DNA from: an uncultured Alphaproteobacteria bacterium
GTDB taxonomy: Bacteria; Pseudomonadota; Alphaproteobacteria; Rhizobiales; Hyphomicrobiaceae
Length of the DNA: 64,000 bases
Direction: 5' to 3'
NCBI GenBank assembly: GCA_963696075.1
Contig: CAVOJD010000036.1
Location: forward strand, 2,199-66,198
Shown: positions 58,219 to 64,000 of the stretch, one piece after another
Layout: each line of letters opens with the position of its first letter
Position numbering within the stretch: position 1 is the first letter of the stretch
Position numbers and translations under genes: made by a program
The notes under the pieces: model-generated
What the model saw: the letters and a program-made list of their open reading frames with translations, nothing else
The model's database searches: none
Told to the model about the DNA's origin: nothing

Positions 58219-59124
58219 ATGCGCACCAACGCGCTCTCCCCCCAGCTCATCGGGATCCTCGCGATGTCTGCGGCAGGCGCTGTGTTCTCTGGTCACGACG
58301 CGATCACCAAATACCTGGCCGAGCGCTATCCGATCGGCGAGATCATCTTCTTCCGTCAGCTTGCCTCCGCCGTCCTGCTCACGACCTACATCTGGTTCGC
58401 CCAGGGCCTCGGCGTCATCAAGCCCGTCCGCATCAACGGCCAGATCCTGCGCGCACTTTTCTTCGTCGCCTCCACGATCCTGATCGCCATCTCGGTCGCA
58501 AGCCTTCCCCTTTCGACCGCCCTTGCCATCATCTTCTCAAGCCCCCTCCTGGTCGCAGCCCTGTCCGCCTCGATCCTCAAGGAACCGGTTGGCCCCCGTC
58601 GCTGGCTCGCGATCATCGTCGGCTTCATCGGCGTCCTGGTCATCATTCGTCCCGGCGGCACGTCGTTCACGTGGCTCCTGCTGATCCCCGTTGCCGCCGC
58701 CTCGGCAAGCGCGCTACGCGACATCACAACCCGCATTCTCCACCGCACCGACAGCACCTACGCCATCCTGTTTTGGTCCAACATCGCCATTCTCATCGCC
58801 ACGCTGTTCAGTGCGCCTTTCGGCTGGAAGCCGATCGAATGGGCCGACGCAGCCTTCCTGATCCTCGCCGGCGGCCTCAACACGCTTGCCCACTTCCTCA
58901 CGATCACCGCCCTTCGCCACGGCGACGCAGCCCTCGTCACGCCCTTCCGCTATACCGCCCTCGTTTGGGCAGCCCTCCTCGGCTTCGCGATATGGAGCCA
59001 CATTCCGGATTTCTGGACGATCGTCGGCGCCTTGATCATCGTCTCAGCCGGCGTCTACCTCGTGTTGCGCGAGGCGCAAGTGCGCCGCGCAGCCAAAGCA
59101 GCGGCTACCGACAAGGCGGATTGA
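58219..59124 (+). CDS. DMT-superfamily (EamA-type) transporter
   Basis: Ten hydrophobic helices in two EamA-like halves. Chosen over the overlapping Arg/Pro-rich frame at 58188. Confidence 0.8.
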   Translation: MRTNALSPQLIGILAMSAAGAVFSGHDAITKYLAERYPIGEIIFFRQLASAVLLTTYIWFAQGLGVIKPVRINGQILRALFFVASTILIAISVASLPLSTALAIIFSSPLLVAALSASILKEPVGPRRWLAIIVGFIGVLVIIRPGGTSFTWLLLIPVAAASASALRDITTRILHRTDSTYAILFWSNIAILIATLFSAPFGWKPIEWADAAFLILAGGLNTLAHFLTITALRHGDAALVTPFRYTALVWAALLGFAIWSHIPDFWTIVGALIIVSAGVYLVLREAQVRRAAKAAATDKAD

Positions 59125-59179
59125 TCGGATTAATCGCAAAACGAAGCCGTTCGCGTTGATCCCGTTGCGTCCGCCCTGA

Positions 59180-59830
59180 TCAAGTCTTGGCGAAGGCGGC
59201 GCGCGCGTAATCCGCCAGCGACACAAGTGAGGCAATGACCGCAATCATCAAGATCGCATACCCGGTCTCAAACCCGCCCGGCGTTGTCTCTCCGATAAGC
59301 CCGAGCGCGATCATGACCACCACGAGCTGCGCCACCCCGTGGATCGCCGTCTTCACCTTGCCTGAAAAGCGCACGCCGAGATCGATGCCCTTTTGCCGGG
59401 CCAGCGTCCTCAGATACGGGACGCCAAGATCGCGCGCATAGATCACAAACAGCATCCAGGGTTCGATCCAGCCCTGTTTCAAAAATGCCATGAAGACCGA
59501 GACATGGTAGATCACGTCTGAAACCGGATCGATCAGCCGGCCCAGTTCCGACTGTTGATTGAGCGCGCGTGCCAGATAGCCATCGAGGAAATCCGTCACC
59601 TCCGCCACCAGCATGAGGATAAGCGCCGCCCACAGCGCCGACGGTGTTTGCGTGAGGATCAGCCAAACCACGACCGGCGTAAGGAGCAACCTGAGCAGGC
59701 TCAAGCCGTTCGGCAGCGTCACCCATCGCGACGAATGAATACCGTCCCCGTTCCCTCTGTCCTGCTCCAAGGCCACGTCTGGCCCCTTTCCACTGGTTGT
59801 TATAGTTGGGCGCATCGCGGCCGGCGGCAT
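59180..59830 (-). CDS. CDP-alcohol phosphatidyltransferase family protein (PgsA-like), paralogue 1
   Basis: LPNGLSLLRLLLTPVV and the signature DFLDGYLARALNQQSELGRLIDPVSD (D-x2-DG-x2-AR-x8-G-x3-D-x3-D). Confidence 0.8.
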   Translation of the reverse strand: MPPAAMRPTITTSGKGPDVALEQDRGNGDGIHSSRWVTLPNGLSLLRLLLTPVVVWLILTQTPSALWAALILMLVAEVTDFLDGYLARALNQQSELGRLIDPVSDVIYHVSVFMAFLKQGWIEPWMLFVIYARDLGVPYLRTLARQKGIDLGVRFSGKVKTAIHGVAQLVVVMIALGLIGETTPGGFETGYAILMIAVIASLVSLADYARAAFAKT

Positions 59831-59858
59831 CCACCACCTGACGCACGACGCACCGCCA

Positions 59859-60533
59859 TTACTCTAGTCTTGCCGCAGCCCCACCGCCACGCAACGCATT
59901 CGTCACACCGACCGCATAGTCAAACATCGACCAGATCGTAACCCCAATCGCGAGATAAAGAAGCCCCGACACAATCAGATCCGCAACCGGCGAAATATGG
60001 AGCCCCCCGCCGAGCGCATAGGCAAAGACAACGGCGAACTGCGCAACCCCCTGCAAGGCGGCCCGCACCTTGCCGATCGGCCGCGCCGCCAGCGTTACAT
60101 TCGCGCGCTGTGTCAGAAGCCGCACTTCGGACATGCACAGATCCCGCGCCGCCATTACGATCAGCATCCAGAGCGGCATCCAGCCGTTCGCGACAAGCGC
60201 CACGAACACGCTGATCCGATAGAGGCTATCCGCCATGGGATCGAGAACTTTGCCCGACCGCGACACCCACTGCATGCGCCGCGCAAGGTAGCCGTCGAGC
60301 CAGTCGGAAATCTCCGAGACCAGCATCAGCCCCAGCGCCACCCACAACAGCCAGCCCTCGCCCGGTTGCGCACCAGCGTGGATCAGCCACATCACGGGCA
60401 GTATCGCCACGATACGGCTGAGCGTAATCAGGTTTGGAACCGTGACGAGCGTATCGGTCACATCGACAACACCCTGTTGCGTAAAGCGATTTCTGAGTTC
60501 GTCTCGTCCGAAAGGCAAACGTCGGCAGCGCAA
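59859..60533 (-). CDS. CDP-alcohol phosphatidyltransferase family protein (PgsA-like), paralogue 2
   Basis: VPNLITLSRIVAILPV and the signature DWLDGYLARRMQWVSRSGKVLDPMAD. 28 nt upstream of paralogue 1 on the same strand. Confidence 0.8.
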   Translation of the reverse strand: MRCRRLPFGRDELRNRFTQQGVVDVTDTLVTVPNLITLSRIVAILPVMWLIHAGAQPGEGWLLWVALGLMLVSEISDWLDGYLARRMQWVSRSGKVLDPMADSLYRISVFVALVANGWMPLWMLIVMAARDLCMSEVRLLTQRANVTLAARPIGKVRAALQGVAQFAVVFAYALGGGLHISPVADLIVSGLLYLAIGVTIWSMFDYAVGVTNALRGGGAAARLE

Positions 60534-60674
60534 AACTCAGATAACGGCGGCTCGCGCAACATGAGGCCAATTCGAGGGCTTCCGCAAGCCGCTTTCTCAG
60601 GCGTGCCCTGCCGCAAATCGCGCCACGCCCATTTCACAATCCTCACCCCGAACCAGCGTCAGGCAACCTGCCGT

Positions 60675-62006
60675 TCACCGCGCAACAACCTGCGCCGTGC
60701 CCTGCTCCCCATCATCCGCCTGCCAATGGATCAGGCCGCCGCGTTGGCGCAACCGGATGCAATGAGCTTCTCCATCGAGCCACGTTTTCCAGCGCTGGCA
60801 CAGACGCCCCTTCGCGGTCCACCACGTGCCGCTGTCCTGATTGGCGCCAAGGAAAAATCCGAGCGAGCCTGCGTGTCCCCGCATCGTCCCATCGCCATTG
60901 AACAGAATCGGAATTACTGCCCCGATCCGCGTCTTGAGCAGCACCTTGCGTCCACTGATCAGGTCCCGAATGGCCTGCTCCTGGGCGGCAACGGGATCAA
61001 GCCGCGGCTTGGCAACGGCTTGCGGCATCGCCGGGCGTTGCGGTGCTGGAACCCGGGCAGCTTCAGTAATCGGCCGGCGTTTTGCAACACCGGTCCCGCG
61101 AACGCCCGCCCCACCGCTGCGCGGCGTTGGCAAGGGCACCAGTGATGCGGTCTGGAATTGTGGCACCGGCGTCGGCTTGACCGCGCGAACCGGCGCACCG
61201 ATCCGCCCAAGCGAGGAACGGGCCTCCGCGAGTGCCGGCTGACCGCTTGGCACAGCCACGTCGCGACGATCGCGGCCCTTGGGCAGCGCAAACACCCAGG
61301 CCGTTGACGCAATCTGCGGCTGGCGCGGCGCCGGCGCCGCCGCGACAACCGGCCGTCCCCCGCAGTAGCGGGCCTGGAACTGCTGTGCGAGGCGAATGAT
61401 CGTCTCGAGATACGCGACATTGCCCGGCGCCCAGCGCATCGCGAGTTCGTCATACGTAATGCGCTGACCGGCAAATTGGCTATGCCATGTCTGAAGCACG
61501 CGCCACATCTGCACTTTGCGGGTGCGCTCCGCGACAGGCGCCTCGATCGTGCGCCCGGCATAATGCAGAACGTGCTCGAGATGCGCCCTGACGCCGTCTG
61601 ACGGAGTGGCAAATCGTTCACCCGGCTGCCCGTCGCCGACAGCGCCGAGCCCCGCGAAATTATTGTCCCCCGCGCGCACGTCACCCGGCGTGCCGTCGCC
61701 CCGCTGGAATGACAGCGCGGCCGTCTCCACCATCATCTGAAAGAAGGCAACATCCCACCGCACCCCGAGATCGTCACCGTGGCGGGCATAAAGCTGAGCA
61801 AGGTCTGAAAACCGCCGATCGAACCGCCCGTTGCGGCCTTTGAGAAACCGCATCAAACGCTTGGGCGACACGCAGTCGGGCACGTAGTTGCCCGCTCCCG
61901 TCTCCACCGCCGGCAACCCTTTCGCCGCGACGGGCCCCGCGCCGAGACCAATTATGACGGCTGCGCAGAGCAACCGCCATGCCCTCTTGTCCATGCGCTC
62001 ACGCAT
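60675..62006 (-). CDS. secreted glucosaminidase-domain protein (FlgJ/LytD-like muramidase fold) with Pro/Ala-rich linker and C-terminal domain of unknown function
   Basis: Signal peptide MDKRAWRLLCAAVIIGLGAGPVAA. VAFFQMMVETAALSF, NNFAGLGA, HLEHVLHY. GGAG lies 9 nt before the ATG at 62006; ATG at 61994 is also possible. Confidence 0.7.
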   Translation of the reverse strand: MRERMDKRAWRLLCAAVIIGLGAGPVAAKGLPAVETGAGNYVPDCVSPKRLMRFLKGRNGRFDRRFSDLAQLYARHGDDLGVRWDVAFFQMMVETAALSFQRGDGTPGDVRAGDNNFAGLGAVGDGQPGERFATPSDGVRAHLEHVLHYAGRTIEAPVAERTRKVQMWRVLQTWHSQFAGQRITYDELAMRWAPGNVAYLETIIRLAQQFQARYCGGRPVVAAAPAPRQPQIASTAWVFALPKGRDRRDVAVPSGQPALAEARSSLGRIGAPVRAVKPTPVPQFQTASLVPLPTPRSGGAGVRGTGVAKRRPITEAARVPAPQRPAMPQAVAKPRLDPVAAQEQAIRDLISGRKVLLKTRIGAVIPILFNGDGTMRGHAGSLGFFLGANQDSGTWWTAKGRLCQRWKTWLDGEAHCIRLRQRGGLIHWQADDGEQGTAQVVAR

Positions 62007-62267
62007 GCTCGAAAACTCCTGAACCGGGCCCCCCGCCGGCACTTACTCACCCCGGGTTCCTCATGGGTCCATGAGATTGGTTAACGCCGTAGGGTGAAGA
62101 CAGCCTTAAAAGCCGATCAATTGTCGGCAGAATCATGGCGTTGCAGCTACTCATCTCGCACCGCAGCGCAAAAATGTCCTCTCCCCTGAGACACCTCACC
62201 GCTTGCCGCGCCCAACGGAACCGGCTAGACGAGATCGAACACGATAAGTCTCGGGGAAACGCCTGAA

Positions 62268-62411
62268 ATGCAGATTGATTTCGACAAAAGCCACCCGGCG
62301 ATGAACATCGACGATAAGCGCAACCTCTACATCGGCTTTGTGCGCGTCTCGGCAATACTGACCGGCCTGATCGCCCTGCTGCTGATCGGCATGGCCATCT
62401 TCCTGATCTGA
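62268..62411 (+). CDS. small membrane protein, aa3-type cytochrome oxidase subunit IV-like
   Basis: 47-aa ORF MQIDFDKSHPAMNIDDKRNLYIGFVRVSAILTGLIALLLIGMAIFLI, my own translation (below the track cutoff). Polar head plus a single TM helix, as in the CoxIV family. High GC3. Confidence 0.45.
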   Translation: MQIDFDKSHPAMNIDDKRNLYIGFVRVSAILTGLIALLLIGMAIFLI

Positions 62412-62453
62412 CCGGCCGGCCGGCGTTGAAAATCCGGCCCCACCAAACGCCCG

Positions 62454-63614
62454 CTACGGATTGCGCCCGAACCAGCGCCGGTAGATCTCATCGTACCGGC
62501 CGTCTTCGCGCATCTTGAGCAGCATCCGGTCGATACGCTCCCGATAGGGGCTACCGGCCTGCAACGCGATCCCGTATTTCTCGGGCCGCAGCACCGAGCC
62601 GACGAGCCGCACTTGCCCGCGACCGGTCGTGTTCGCGTAGTACCTCAGTACCGGCGCGTCATGCACAATGGCATCGAGTTGCCCCTCTTCCAGCGCATTG
62701 AATACGTCATCCATTTTCTCGAAATGCCGGTACGGCACCGAGTGAAAATCGAGGAATGCCGCCGAGGTTGAACCAGCCGTCGTGCCAACCCGGCGATTGA
62801 AGAGGTCCCGATAGCTTTGGATCTGCGCCTTGAGCTCGCTCACCGTCAGCGACGCGGTGATCTTCGCAACAAACGCCGAGACGAGAAACAAACTCGCGAT
62901 CACAAGAAAGACCGCGAACGCACGCCCTTTCCGGGTCTGCGGCACCCGCTCCTCGAAGCCCCCATTGACGATCACGTTCAATGCCCACCAGAACGAACGC
63001 CAGATCCCTTCCTTGTAGGGGTACTGGAAATAGGGCTGCTCCCGCCGTTCGAAGAACCACATCAGGTTCGCGATGATGAACAGGATAACGCCGGCAAGCA
63101 CGATCAGCCCCAGCATCTCCCAATTGAACAGCGCACCGACCAGTCCCGCCGGTCCATCCTCATCACGCACGAGCACTTGAATGCCGGAATCGAAGATCGG
63201 TTGCGTGAAGTCCATCTTCTGCTCACGCGCCGACGTAATCGTGATGTTGGCGATCGCCGCGTCCGCCTCCCGGCCCTCGACCTTGCCAAGCATCTCTGAG
63301 AACTGGGTCGCCACCTCAAAGTCGTAGGCAATCCCAAGTTCTTGCGCCATCGCATCCCACAGGTCGACCGAGAACCCGACCAGCTTGCCGTTCATCACCA
63401 TTGCGAACGGTTTGCGCTCGATCGTCATGACTCGAAACTTGGTCTGCGCCTCAGTAGCCGTTGCCCCCTGCACCCCGCCGCCCGCCGACGGGCTTTGCTG
63501 AGCCTCGGCCACGCCGGTGCCCAAACCCAAACCCAAGACCATAACCATGACGGCCATGACCCTCAGGATGGCGGCCAACGCCAGCCGCTTGATGCAAAAC
63601 GCAATGAGCTTCAT
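62454..63614 (-). CDS. GluR0-type ligand-gated ion channel (periplasmic amino-acid-binding domain split by a two-helix pore module)
   Basis: Signal/TM, lobe S1 (GFSVDLW, ANITITSAREQKMDFTQP), M1 (MLGLIVLAGVILFIIANLMWFF), pore loop (IWRSFWWALNVIVNGGFEE), M2 ending SAFVAKITASLTV (compare eukaryotic SYTANLAAFLTV), lobe S2 (VGTTAGST, DAIVHDAPVL, YGIALQ). Confidence 0.75.
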   Translation of the reverse strand: MKLIAFCIKRLALAAILRVMAVMVMVLGLGLGTGVAEAQQSPSAGGGVQGATATEAQTKFRVMTIERKPFAMVMNGKLVGFSVDLWDAMAQELGIAYDFEVATQFSEMLGKVEGREADAAIANITITSAREQKMDFTQPIFDSGIQVLVRDEDGPAGLVGALFNWEMLGLIVLAGVILFIIANLMWFFERREQPYFQYPYKEGIWRSFWWALNVIVNGGFEERVPQTRKGRAFAVFLVIASLFLVSAFVAKITASLTVSELKAQIQSYRDLFNRRVGTTAGSTSAAFLDFHSVPYRHFEKMDDVFNALEEGQLDAIVHDAPVLRYYANTTGRGQVRLVGSVLRPEKYGIALQAGSPYRERIDRMLLKMREDGRYDEIYRRWFGRNP

Positions 63615-64000
63615 TCGGTCCTCTCGGGCGCCTCGTTCGAAGTGCACCGGCACCTCAACCAACAACGCACACGCCCCATTTCTGCAAGGCGCGCGCACCA
63701 TGCAACGCATCGACTAGCGTTTCAACATCAACAACCTGAAAGCGTGTTCTCGCCGCGAACATAGCTCACCGCCACATGTCCGCCTCGCGCAAGCGCCTGC
63801 TCACGCCCTAGTAACGCAGGCTTGAGCGAACGTTTAAGGCTATCGCGGGACGAATAGAGGAACCTAATGCTCGATATCACGCAAACCGGATCGATCGAGC
63901 ATGACGACAGGCCCAATCCCGGCAACAGCCCCAAGCCTCGTGGCCGCTGCATGCCTGATGGCATCAAGCGGCTTGTCCAACGCTGCCGACATGCGGTCTG

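Noticed and set aside
63728-64000. Possible gene start at the window edge: minus ORF 63728-63967, plus-strand ATG 63867 with GAGGA upstream, and plus-strand ATG 63901 giving a signal-peptide-like MTTGPIPATAPSLVAAACLMASSGLSNAAD.
   Set aside because: Two overlapping plus-strand frames are both open to the end of the window with similar GC3. There is too little sequence to choose between them or to assign a family.

Overview
GC-rich chromosomal segment with strong GC3 bias. Its gene content fits an alphaproteobacterium of the Hyphomicrobiales/Rhizobiales type: GapR/DUF2312, CpdR, DUF1036, DUF1244, an Omp25/31-type porin, a TacA-like sigma-54 activator and a cysteine-free L36. I support about 55 protein genes, one tRNA-Val(GAC) and two candidate sRNAs. 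Most coding content is housekeeping or cell-envelope: egtB-egtD, a thiolase/DUF35 pair, an LdtD-like L,D-transpeptidase with a DUF882 (MepK-like) peptidase, pepF, hemH, SPFH/NfeD, kpsF, galU/galE, a lytic transglycosylase, a DUF459 SGNH protein, a DUF2779 nuclease, a secreted TPR-CHAT protease, creD, cpdR, a hisN-like phosphatase, two tandem CDP-alcohol phosphatidyltransferases and a GluR0-type ligand-gated channel. I see no classical defence island, prophage, CRISPR array or secretion system. The unusual material is mostly non-coding. (1) A roughly 353-bp MITE-like element occurs twice, with 16-bp terminal inverted repeats and 5-bp target duplications inside GGGCYTGTCC hairpin loops. Its roughly 90-bp core is bracketed by 28-29-bp perfect inverted repeats and sits in opposite orientation in the two copies. 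(2) A 4.8-copy, 106-bp structured tandem array abuts the kpsF stop codon, and a degenerate solo unit abuts the pepF stop codon. (3) Two tandem sRNA-like genes with terminators and a CCUCCC motif lie in a 1-kb gene-free gap. (4) An IS1380-family transposase remnant lies next to a 75-bp palindrome. Coding oddities: two envelope genes each broken by a single +1 frameshift at a homopolymer, an OxyR-like regulator lacking both redox cysteines, and a KpsF with an Ala/Lys/Pro-rich N-terminal extension. All family assignments come from motif recognition by eye; no database search was run.
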